Shown here one piece after another: positions 15,083-26,872 of a DNA stretch of 64,000 nucleotides. The DNA is from Adineta vaga (taxonomy: Eukaryota > Animalia > Rotifera), in assembly GCA_021613535.1 (NCBI GenBank), contig CP075495.1, positions 11,160,001-11,224,000 on the forward strand, written 5' to 3'. A program made the translations under genes and the position numbers. The notes beneath the pieces were generated by a model that saw only the letters and a list, made by a program, of their open reading frames with translations, had not been told where the DNA came from and ran no database searches. Numbering within the stretch: the stretch's first letter is position 1; each line of letters starts with the position of its first letter.

Positions 15083-15315
15083 TTTCACTGTAAAATTCAA
15101 ATGAATTTTCGTCTTTGTTTGTCAACAAGAGAAAATAAAACCGATAGTAATCTTCTTCTTCTTCTTCTTTTTATTTTCAAATAAATAAATGAATGAAACG
15201 AATGTTAACAAATGATTTGTTCGATAAAGAACAAATAAAGTCTCGAATAGATGTCGTCTAAAGAAACGACATCGAATATGTTTTTTTTCCTGTTTCTAGC
15301 CACGATCGTTTTGAT

Positions 15316-15329
15316 GTTGTCATAGAAAT
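15316..15329. promoter_or_regulatory. RFX X-box
   Basis: GTTGTCATAGAAAT; its reverse complement ATTTCT-AT-GACAAC fits RTHNYY-WT-RRNRAC. Lies about 54 nt upstream of the DNAL4 ATG. Confidence 0.6.
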
Positions 15330-15382
15330 CGTAGTGTAGAAAAATGGTTATTTCAAAGATTACTTTCTATTCAAGTTAGACA

Positions 15383-15936
15383 ATGGCCACAGACGGTGCT
15401 GATGGAGAAACTCAACAAAAAGAAGAAACAAAACGACATACCTATCCACTTATTCGTGTAGGAAATATTTTCGAATGATAATCGTTGCAAATTTATATAT
15501 ATATATATATTTAGACAAGTGATATGAATGAAGAAATTAAAACTGAATGTATGGAATTATGTGTAACAGCATGTGAGAAATTTTCTCAAAATAACGAAGT
15601 TTGTTTCTGTTTTTGTGATTGAAAAATAAAGAATTGAGAATAATTTATGCTTTAGAATGCTGCACGAATGATTAAAGAAACGATGGTTAGTTCGATAGAA
15701 AAACTTGTCATTTTGTTTTATTGAAAATAATGTTTTCTTTTTTTCGTAGGATAAAAAATTTGGTCCAACTTGGCAATGTATTGTTGGTGAAGGATATGGG
15801 TAAATAGATAAGTTTGAAGAGAAATAGATGTATTAAACATATTTTATTTAGATTTTTTATTGAACATCAAGTAAAATCACTACTATATATGTTCTTTGGT
15901 GGTACTACGGCTATCATTGTATGGAAATGTGCTTAA
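15383..15936 (+). CDS. DNAL4: Axonemal dynein light chain 4 (5 exons; absent from the ORF track)
   Basis: Spliced translation MATDGADGETQQKEETKRHTYPLIR-TSDMNEEIKTECMELCVTACEKFSQNNE-NAARMIKETM-DKKFGPTWQCIVGEGYG-FFIEHQVKSLLYMFFGGTTAIIVWKCA, closely matching DNAL4. Confidence 0.93.
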
Positions 15937-16299
15937 AAGACATGTATTTCATTTTTCTTTCGTTTTTTTCTTTTCTGAATATTTTTGTTTCAAGAGTCAT
16001 TTTCTTGTAACAAATGACATAGATGAAATGAACATTAACGACGTTTTAAAATAAACTATTCAATTCAAATCAAACAGCTGCATGAGAGCGAAAAGCAAAA
16101 TGAAAGATATGCTCGTATTTTGCATATTCAAATGAAAATAGATGAATGATCACGAAATGAATAGAATGTTTCTAACTAGTTTTCATGAAATTTCTTATTT
16201 ATGAAGAAGAAAATTCTTCTCAAAATGATCTTTGTCATTTCAATGAAACAATAACACGCGCATTTTTTCATTTTTTTAAATTATTTATCCTTCTCATTT

Positions 16300-16629
16300 A
16301 TGTCTATAGATTCATTTAAACTTGATCCATGTGATCTTCGTTCAAATAAATTTACTAGAATTTTATCTAAACCATTAGATAATAAAATGCTGTATAAACT
16401 ACCTGGCATAGGAATGAATACGTTTATAAAACTACAAAAAACAAAACGAATAACTAAAGCAAACGATTTATTACGTGAATTTATACATAGATTTCGATTC
16501 GATGATGAGCAATTTCGTTTATGGCTTATGAAAGATTATGCATTACCGGAATATCGAGCGACCGAATGTACATTGGCATTAATTGATTATATCGATCAAG
16601 CAAAGAAAAATCATTGGTCATTACCATAA
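16300..16629 (+). CDS. Divergent barrier-to-autointegration factor (BAF)-like protein, intronless
   Basis: SNKF..ILSKPLDNK....LPGIG (HhH motif), KANDLLREF, DDEQFRLWL, ATECTLALIDY parallel BAF SQKH..FVAEPMGEK....LAGIG / KAYVVLGQF / DEDLFREWL / SRDCFGCLREW. Confidence 0.75.
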   Translation: MSIDSFKLDPCDLRSNKFTRILSKPLDNKMLYKLPGIGMNTFIKLQKTKRITKANDLLREFIHRFRFDDEQFRLWLMKDYALPEYRATECTLALIDYIDQAKKNHWSLP

Positions 16630-16790
16630 TCATATCTTTTTTTTCGTACATGGTGAAATATTTATATTGGACAATCCTTTTACTTTTCTTTCCTATATCT
16701 TTGAAAGTGTATCAATTGAAAACATATGTTTTGTAATAGAAATGAATATCGATGAAAAAAAACATTGTAGAATAAGAATAGATTCTAATA

Positions 16791-18728
16791 ATGTTGATAG
16801 TTGTATTTTTTTTTATAAATTGTATACAAACGATTGTAATGAGTGATCAGTTATATTCAACGAAACCACAGAAGTTTGAAAATAATGCTATTGTTTGTAT
16901 ACCTGATGATATTCATTCACTAAAAGCTATTGTTATATATTCTACTTCTCGTTCTACTTCGATAATACTTAAATCAATTGATGGAAATGTAATCGATCGC
17001 TTGAATCCACGTGCTTATCTTTATATTCATTTTCCAATATCATCTCTCTTATTCGATGAACAGAAATGTTTTCAAATCGAGTTAGAATCATCAATTCAAT
17101 CTGGACGAATTCAATTTATTTACAGATCGATTGATATCAATGATAATGCAATAATTCGTCGAAGTTTGTATAAGCATTTGAAATGAAATAAACTCTTTCT
17201 TTCCTTGTCTCTCTTTCTCTTTCTTGAAAATTATATAGTACCATCTTCATTGATTGATCCTTGTACAACTCGGCGAGTTAGATGTAAAAATGGTGGACAA
17301 TGTCAAGTCTTATCTGATGGAGAAACGAAATGTATTTGTCCAGATCATGTTACCGGTAATAATTGTGAATATGGTAAGTTTTAAATGAAAAGAAATTACT
17401 TTTTTCTATTCTCATATATTTCAATAATAGTTGGTATTCGATGTGCAAATCAGATCTGTATTAATCAAGCTCTTTGTTCTCGTGATAATCGATCATGTTT
17501 ATGTCAATTGGGTAGTCAAGGTCGTGATTGTTCAATAAGATGTGGTGAATCATATATTCAACCGAATATTTCTACAGATCGTATAATCAATGGAGAAACA
17601 GCCGTTAAAAATTCTTGGCCTTATATAGTCTTTATTCAAATTAGTGAACGAGGTTGGTGTGGTGGAAGTTTAATTGATGCATGGAATGTTTTAACAGCTG
17701 CACATTGTACACATGGAAGAAATATTGAAGAATTTACTCTATGGTTTGGCGTACATAAATTAGATGAACGCGAATATGAAATGAATTTAGGTATAGTTGA
17801 AAAACGTTTCGTCCGATATATATTTAATCATCCAGATTATAAAATCTATCCAATAAAAACATATAAACATGATTTAGCAATCATACGTCTTTCACAATCC
17901 GTACAAGAAACAGTGTATATTCGATACGTATGTATTTTACCACATCTCAATCCTTTTCAAGATGTTCAATTGAATGATCAAGTTGAAATTATTGGTTGGG
18001 GTTATATTAATAGAATGTTATCAGATGGAACATTTATTCGGCAAACAAATGAATTACAACAAGCAACGATTCGAATTCTTCCAGATTATGATTGTAGTGA
18101 ATATAGGAGAGATGATCTCATACTTTTTCAATCAAAACTTATGATTTGTGCTGGATCAAATGATTTTAAAACAGATTCGTGTCAAGGAGATTCAGGTGGT
18201 CCTTTATTAATGCAATATAATAACCGCTGGTAAGAATCAAAATAGATTTTATTTTCGATATTGCCATCTCATGAATTAAAGGTTAGTCAATATTACTTTT
18301 TTCGAAAAGACAAATACAAAGTTTATCGACATATAGTAATATGCGTATCTGTTGTGATTTATAGAGCAAATACCACAGTTGAGAAATGATCTTTTCAACA
18401 TGTAACTTACATTAATCAAGTATTCGAAGCTCGTGTAAAGTTTTGCGATCACATGTCAAACTGAATAGTACATACTCTATTTCTTACTAATCTTTTTGCG
18501 TCAGTAAAATAATACATCATAGAACAAAAACAAAAGATTTTGATCAACTAAAATCTTCGTTATAATCGATCTGTGAAATTAAATATCAAAATTTGGTAAT
18601 GACTTTTCTAGGTTGCAATGGGTTTAGTTTCTTTTGGTTCTACTGAATGCGCTAAGTTTGGTGCAGCTGGTGTTTATACTCGTCTTTCAACCTATTCCAA
18701 ATGGATATTTGAACATATGATACCATAA
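16791..18728 (+). CDS. Secreted EGF-domain trypsin-like S1 serine protease
   Basis: Signal-like N-terminus, two EGF-like Cys patterns (CKNGGQC...C.CP...TG.NCE; CINQALC...CLC..G..GRDC), activation site R-IINGE, catalytic TAAHC, HDLAI and TDSCQGDSGGP (Asp at S1). Last exon GVYTRLS.Y.KWI. Confidence 0.9.
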
Positions 18729-19286
18729 CTATCTTTTTCTCTGTATGCATATTTAAACATGTATATCAATATATAAACACTCGCACAAACATGTATTTGT
18801 TTCAGAGAAAAAAAGGTAGTATAAATGGTTTTTTAATAAACACGATGTACAACAAGAAACCATCGAGTCGAGAAGAGGAAGAATAACGTAGAAATGAACC
18901 AATCAGAACAAGAGAGAAAGAACCGGCAAGGAAAAGAAAGAAGAAACAAAAAGATGACAAGAAAAATTTCTTAGAGTTTTTAATATGCTTGAGTTAAACA
19001 ACCAAAATGGTATCACAGAGAGACAGACGCAACGTGAAAAAGAAATGACAAAAGAATACTTATGACAATACAATATGTATATTTATGCACATATATATAT
19101 ATATAATTATGCGGAAAAAAATCAACAAAATAAAAGAAAGATAGTTTACTATCTCGCTTTATCTATTGAAATCTTTCGTGACGGCAAAAATGACTATGGT
19201 TTTTTTTCACAACTGATGAGAAGAAAGATCGAATTGAAAAAGCAATTCTTATTTATACAGTCTTTATAATATCGTTTTGCTTTTGT

Positions 19287-20953
19287 TTAAAGTTGCCGAT
19301 TACGAATCATATGAATAATTTCGGAATCAGCTGAACGAGCTGCACCAGCGAAAAATAAATTTTCAATTCCTTTAATACACCAACCACGTATAGGTGGCAT
19401 TCGAAGAAGTAATTTAGCAAAACGTGCTACATCATCGCTATGGACCTTTTTACAATATGAGGCTAATGACATACAAACTTTTTCACGTAATTCCGATACT
19501 CGAGAAGTATCAACAACATCTTTCGCATCTAAGAATAGGAAAATTTACTTTTATAGAATGATGAATATCTAGATACATACCTGGATCAAAAAGAAATATA
19601 GCCTTGAGACATGTTATTTCAACTTTATCAACATTTAATTCACGCATAATTGTTACAACATCATGATAGAGGCGTGTGATAAAAAATTGAAGAGATTGAT
19701 CTACAGCTGTATGTGGTCGAACATAAGAACCATCCTAGAGAAATAATATATATATATATATATATGAGATAGTTAAACTATGATTAAATATTAAATTAAA
19801 TAACTAACCGATAGAATAAGTCCACAATCTGGTGCCATAATAGATCTGTAAGCAAGTGAACAACAAAGTATATCTCTCCATGAAGCTCTGACTAGTGCCA
19901 CTTGATCATCAAGAGATAAAGTAGAAAAATGAGGTACGCGCTTGGCCCAATCCGTTAATTGTGCTAATTGAGAATTAGTTGTTGATAAAAGACGATCGTA
20001 TGAACAATCTTCTTCGTGGAATGAATCAATTTTTGGTTCAACAGATAATTCAGCAGCAATCAATTTTTCAACTAACATTTCATCATCTGTATGAGAACCA
20101 GATGAACCAATACCCGTATTCGTATTTGTACTACCACTGCCAATACTTGCACTAGGTGATGAAGGTGATTCACCATCACCACTCATACCAGACTTTTGTC
20201 GTTCTTCTTGAACGGCTAAATAGAAAAGATTTTAGTACAAAAATAAACATCGTCGATTTATTGACTTCTTACCTTCTTTTTTCATACCAACAGTGATGCA
20301 TTTTTGATAACGACAATATTGACAACGATTACGTTGTCGTTTATCAATAATACATTCACGATTATCTCGACATGTATATGTTAAATCTTTTCGTACCGTA
20401 CGTTTAAAAAATCCTTTACATCCTTCACAACTAAACATAGAGAATAATTTAAAACTCAAGAAATTCATTTCTTTTGTATATTTTTCACAAACCTATGAAC
20501 TCCATAATGTTTGCCTGACGCTTTATCGCCACAAATAGCACAAGCATATTTCGATGCAGCATTTAAACTCATTCCACCACTTGTTGTAGCTGTTGGTGTT
20601 GAACTAGTTGAAGAATTTGAATTACCACCAATTCCTCCAAATTGTCCACCGCATGACATTGGTACTAGAAATTCATAACAAAGTATTGTCTCTCTCTCTC
20701 TCCGTAGATATCTTGTTTCTGTTTCATACCTGGACTTAACGATGTTGGTGAATCACCTCCTGAGCCACTGGAATAATTCGAATTACCACTTGTATGTTGT
20801 ATAGCTCCATTCTGCAATTGGTTAGTAACATCCATCGGCGGTGAAAATGTTCCATTATCACCATAACTAAAACCTATGAAAAATAAGAATATTGTTCGAA
20901 AAATATGTTGTCTCTTTTGTTTTATATAAATATTTATTACTTGATTCCGACAT
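19287..20953 (-). CDS. RXR: Retinoid X receptor (NR2B) with divergent ligand-binding domain
   Basis: [64 protein letters not shown]-box [33 protein letters not shown] and [10 protein letters not shown]. Start modelled at 20953 (ATG TCG GAA TCA A|gt). Confidence 0.92.
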
Positions 20954-21079
20954 CAGTTTAATTCATTAGATAATAAGAAAAATCAATAAATATAATCTAA
21001 AAAAAAGCGAATTACAATCAAAAAAGCTTGTTCCCAAATGATTGCGAGAAAAAAAATGAATCAAATTTTCTTGAAATAT

Positions 21080-21745
21080 CTAATAATTCGATGTAGATGG
21101 AATGTCTTTCATTAAAGCAATACCGGATGATGTTCCAAGACGTGTAGCACCGGCTTGAATTAATTCTTTTGCAAATGCACCATCTCGTATACCACCAGAT
21201 GCTTTTACTTGCACATTTTTCGGTGAATATTGCCGTAATAATTTGATATCATCTAATGTTGCTCCACCTGTTGAAAATCCGGTGGAGGTTTTTATAAAAT
21301 CGGCTCCACCATCTCCTACTATTTGACATAGCTTTTGTTTTTCACCTTCACTCAATAAACATGTTTCAATAATAACTTTTAAAATTTTATTTTCACCGGA
21401 TGAATGAACTAATTTTGCTAATTGTTCAATTTCATTTTGTACGTATTCAAAATCACCATCTTTTACTTTACCAATATTAATAACCATATCAATTTCTTGT
21501 GCACCATCATCCAATGCTTGTTGACATTCGAATAATTTCGTTTGTGTCGTTGTTGCGCCAAGGGGAAAACCAATAACAGTACAAACACGGACTTGATATT
21601 TTTCGGTAACATATTTCACGTGACATGGTTGAATACAAACAGTTGCAAATTTATGCTCCGTTGCTTCTGAACATAACTGATCAATTTGTTTTAATGTTGC
21701 ATCAGGTTTCAATATAGTATGATCGATGTAAGCGCTTGTCAACAT
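21080..21745 (-). CDS. deoC: Deoxyribose-phosphate aldolase, short bacterial type, intronless
   Basis: IDHTILKP, VCTVIGFPLG, GAQEIDMVINIG, LKVIIET, ADFIKTSTGF (Schiff-base Lys), VKASGGIR, GATRLGTS and C-terminal Tyr; 221 aa. Confidence 0.96.
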   Translation of the reverse strand: MLTSAYIDHTILKPDATLKQIDQLCSEATEHKFATVCIQPCHVKYVTEKYQVRVCTVIGFPLGATTTQTKLFECQQALDDGAQEIDMVINIGKVKDGDFEYVQNEIEQLAKLVHSSGENKILKVIIETCLLSEGEKQKLCQIVGDGGADFIKTSTGFSTGGATLDDIKLLRQYSPKNVQVKASGGIRDGAFAKELIQAGATRLGTSSGIALMKDIPSTSNY

Positions 21746-21847
21746 AATTACTTACTTTGACTTTTTTTTCTTCTTCTCCTTCTATTCCCCAAGAATTCTT
21801 TTCTTTGACTGGCTTTCTTTTGAAGGTCAACAAGGACGGGCATCTTC

Positions 21848-21884
21848 ATTGGCTGATTTTTAATTACCAATGAATTTCAATTGG
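21848..21884. promoter_or_regulatory. Three CCAAT boxes, putative shared deoC/RXR promoter
   Basis: ATTGG at 21848-21852 (AGCCAATG on minus strand), CCAAT at 21867-21871 and ATTGG at 21880-21884, about 100-140 nt upstream of the deoC ATG. Confidence 0.45.
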
Positions 21885-23873
21885 ATCAATTTTATTCGAC
21901 AGTAGAGGGCGCTTAAGGAAGTTAAGATAGAAATGCTTTTTTTTCTACAATGTTTAATAGAAAATAAATGGTAAAAGGCGTTTTTCTTCAGTGTGATAAT
22001 AACTAATAGGTACTATTCGTTATTATAAATAAATAGAAGAAAACCAACCATAGGTTGAAAGAATGTCTATCCTATATCTCATCTTTGTTAGGTAAGAGAG
22101 GATAAAATATTAAAAGAAAAGAACAGAGACACTAAATAAGAATGATAATGTAATGTCTTTTATTCTTCATAACAGTCATTTTTAATAAATTGTGCTATTA
22201 ACATTTGTAAAAGGGATAAACTATTACTTACATGTTCTTTTTCTCCTTCACATCATACTTGAGTGATGAAGTTTTACTCTATAATCATGTTTGGTATACA
22301 TCTGTATCAACTATGGAAATACATTTTAATCAATACAAGAGCCAAACATTTAAAAAAAGATGTTCTTTGTCAACTTTCTTTTAAAACATCAGAAGTATAT
22401 GAAAAAAAAGTTTCAACAAAATTGATTATAATTTAGAAATAATTTTTTTTGAAAGTGTAAAATGATGTTTTAATTATATCTTCACAAAGAAAGAATCTTT
22501 TAGGCGTTAGTTAATAAATATCTTCTTTTATATTAAATTTATGAAGAAGAAAAGTATGCTATATAGGAAGTTCACAAAGAAGGTTCATATGATAAATTGC
22601 GAACGGGTACAATAATAATAACCATGTTGTGAAAGAAAGAAAGAAAAGAGAGCTGCTAAAATTTCTATAAATAATAATATTTTACCGATCTTTTGTTCAA
22701 AATTCGTCATACGAAATGGATTAAACTATGAAAGCGATGAGATTAGTCATTCGTCTATAATTGAAAGAAACGTGACTTAGTTTTCACTAAATATTCTCAA
22801 AAAAGATTGATGAATTCCTACATATTCATTTATACCTCATTATCAATTTACAAAAGACAGGAAATTTTTGTCAGATTGAAAAGAAGACATGTATAATCTA
22901 TGAACAAAAAGGCATGACATTTTAATAACTATTTCTCATAAGCATGCGCTTTCTCCTAAAATAAAATTTATCTTTCAAAGAACATCATAGTTATATGTAA
23001 CTTTGAAAATACCTAAGTATATAGATGCTTAATTAAACGCAATATTGTTCAATAATAAGTTAAATTAATAATAATGTCAGTCGAATAAAACAAATAGAAA
23101 ATGTGTGATTTTGTTTTTTTGAATTTCATAATTGATATTAAATTCACAAAAAGTTCGCTTAGTTTGTTTCAAATGTGTTTCATGTCTCACTGGGGTTATT
23201 AGTAAGAATCTACTTCTAACTTCGTTGACAGCTTGAACACTTGTTAATAGGAATTATCGAGATAAATATTATTCTTTTTCTTTTACTGTACGTATCTTCT
23301 AATGACGACGATGATAATAAAAATGAACATAAATCTTCTCAAAATAGAATAAATTTTTTTATTAATGAATCAACGCTAATCTTTGTATGTAATAAATAAA
23401 CATGCTTATTTATTGAACGAATTTTATTGCTGCACTTACATCCAATTTCAATGAGAGGAGATAAACTAGATGGATTACTTGTATTCTCAAATATTTCAAT
23501 AATCGTTAACTAAGTCACAGAAAGATGACAGAAAATATCTTTATCGTTGCACTTAAATTTCACTTTATACGATAAAAAATGAAAACTAATGTTCATTGGC
23601 ATTGAAATCAAACGATCAACTCATTTGTATTTTTTATCTTTTATGTCAGTTTTCATCGAGTCATTCAGTTGTATTCACGTTAACCTTGTTATGCAACAGA
23701 TAAATATCGCTACTAAACATGAGTGATTCATCGATACAAATCATTATCCCATGCATTTTTCTTATCGTTCGTCACTTCGAACGACATAAACAAATGTGAA
23801 AGATACCTCCTAATAGCATGATATACGAATATAGATAAGAAAAAAAAACTTCAATACAGCTATACATATTGCA

Positions 23874-26426
23874 ATGAATAAACTAACATTCATAAACACT
23901 CATCCTGAATGTTAGTATTTAGTCTTTTTTTTCCTCATTAATAATTATTTACCTGTTTTGATTAGATGGATACAACGGATTAATCGATCAAGTCTATGAG
24001 AAAGAATTTTCATCTCGTCTTCCTGTTGATCGAATATATCTCGATCATGCAGGTACAACATTATATACTCAATCTCAATTAGATACTCATTTTGATCAAC
24101 TTCGTACATCAACATTAAATAATCCTCATAGTGAACAAGATGATTCGAAAACATTATTATTAATTCAAGAATGTATGGAATTTATCTTGTCAATATTTGA
24201 GACATCAAGTCGAGACTATTCAATTATATTTACCTTAAATACCACTCATGCATGTCAATTATTATCGACATTATTTCCATTTTCATCTCAATCTGAATAT
24301 GCTTATATGATTGATAGTCATAATAGTCTCATTGGTATTCGACAACAAGCTAAATTACATGGAGGCTCATTTTCTGTTATTGATTATCCATCATTTATTT
24401 ACAATCAACAAAAAGATCTAGATCATCATTCATCTTTTCACTGTGTTGGTCATTCATCATCATCTCTACCATTGAATTCGGAATCTACAATTCCATCCTA
24501 TTGTTTATTTGCATGTCCAGCTGAAAATAATTTCAATGGACTTCGACCAGCATTAAATCAACTTTTAGAACCTTTTCTAATTGCACGAGAAAATCTTTCA
24601 GAATCTTTTCCAATACCAGTAAAACGTCAACCATCCAAATCATGCCATTGGTTAACATTAGTTGATTGTGCAAAATATCTTTCAACAAAATCTTTTTCAC
24701 TTTCAACATATCCTGTTGATTTTCTTGTTCTTTCATTTTATAAAATCTTCGGTTATCCCACTGGTCTAGGTGCATTAATTATTCGAAATGATACATTGAA
24801 AATCTTGAATAAAGAACATTATTTTGGTGGTGGTAGTGTTGAATATGTTTCACCTTATGATGATTCTCGTGTTGATTATAAATCGAATATAAATGCTTTT
24901 ATTCATGGAACAATTCCATTTACGAGTATTCTCTCTGTTTATCATGGTTTTCAATTAATTACATCAAAATTAACATATAAATCGATATCATTACATACAC
25001 AATGTTTAATTGATTATTGTCGAAATGAAATGTGCCAATTAAATTATTCAAATGGACAAATTCTTTGTCTATTTTATGATCAAAGAAATGATTTGTTGAG
25101 AGAACATGGTTATTCTTATGGGCCAATTTTAAATTTTAATTTATATAATAAACATGGTCAATTTCTTTCTTGTCGTTTAATACAAAGAATTGCAGCTGAT
25201 CATAATATTATTTTACGAGTTGGAACATTTTGTGCACCAGGTGCTAGTCAAGCTTATTTAGGTAAATCTGTAAAATAGACGATTGAAAAAAGAAGATATT
25301 GTTTTTAGGTTCGAGAAAATCATTTGAAACAAATCATGAATGTCGTCGAGGATTATTCTGCGGAACGAATCATGATGGTGAAGATGTCATTGATTCTGGT
25401 CAACAACCACTAGGTAGTATTCGTTTAAGTCTTGGTTGGATGAGTCGTTATGAAGATATTCAAACATGGATTAATTTTCTTCGTCAAATTATTTTACAAG
25501 GAATTGGTATAGCACCATTATTACCATCATCAATAGAGAATAATAATGTTTTTAATGAGAATATAAACTTGATGTTAACTCATATGTATATTTATCCAAT
25601 AAAATCTTGTGCACCGTTGTCAGTAACAGAATGGCCATTGACATCAATTGCGTTTCTTTATGATCGTGAATGGATGATTATTGATCAAAATAATAATCCA
25701 TTAACATTGAAGCGTTTACCAAGTTTATCTCAAATAAAACCTTTTATTGATTTAAAACAAAATCAATTAATACTCAATGCGAATAATCATTCATCTTTCA
25801 TTATTAATATTAATAATGGTTTGTCTTCGGAAAGATATTATCTTTGTAATTCACTTGATTTATATTTAGATTTCGAAATTATTAAATCATCTGTCAAATT
25901 AAATGATGGAATAGCTTGTCATATTTATTCAGGTGAAATTGAACAATGGTTAACTCGTGTATTGGGTATTTATGCAACATTAGCACGACGTACAGTAGAT
26001 AGTCAAATGACGTTAGCAAATGAAGGTGCTTTTCTTCTTGTATATCAAGAAAGTGTTCGACAAATCCAATCTGAATTGACCAATAATGAAAAGATTACAC
26101 ATGAACGTTTTCGACCAAATTTAGTTGTTGATAAACAAAATTTTGATCAAGTTTATTCAGCCTATAGTGAAGATTTGTGGAAACGCTTGATTATTTCTAA
26201 CGAAAATCAAATTGAATTGAAAACAAGTGGTTTATGTCAACGTTGTTCAGTAGTTAATGTTGATCCATTGACTGGAAAAAATCAAAGTCATCTATTTACT
26301 CGTTTACAAACACAACGAAGAGAAATGAATTCATTACGAGCAAATTTTGGAATTCTATTGAATCTTTCGAAAATATATAAACTTGCTTTCATCCGTGTTG
26401 GAGATCGTATTCAAGCATTCAAATGA
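23874..26426 (+). CDS. MOCOS: Molybdenum cofactor sulfurase (NifS-like PLP domain + MOSC domain)
   Basis: IYLDHAGTTLY, NPHS, HNSLIGIR, LSFYKIFGYPTGLGAL (PLP Lys), GSIRLSLG, MOSC IYPIKSC, YDREWMI, RFRPNLVV, CQRC. The first exon (23874) is a hand model. Confidence 0.93.
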
Positions 26427-26872
26427 TTGAAATTGATTTTCTTATATAGATTTTGATATACAAAGACTATTAAAGATATGAATAAAATGATTCTAGGCCG
26501 ATAATTTTAAACAGAAAATGATCGAGTGCACATGATTCTAGATGTCATATCGATAGAGAATAAAAGTATATCTATCCCTGGATGAAGAGAATTTTCGAAT
26601 CAATTTATAGATAGAGAATGAAAAGCAGTTTCTTTCGTTTCTACGCAAAAATTTTAAAAAGTCGAATTTGAACTGATAGTATCTGCTCACATTCACACTT
26701 TTGATAAAGCAACATGCGAAATATTTCTTATCTTTGTTTCATTATTTGCTCTGAGATAAACTATTAGTCTATATTTTCTATTCGTACTCACGTTTAATTA
26801 TATAAAAATACAGAAGGCTGAGAGAAACAGAAAAAAAACTGATTAAACTTGTGTGACTTGAAAAGAAAAATA

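Noticed and set aside
21900-23800. Spacer between deoC and MOCOS as a hidden gene or mobile element
   Set aside because: No sizeable ORF, spliceable exon chain or terminal repeats were recognised.
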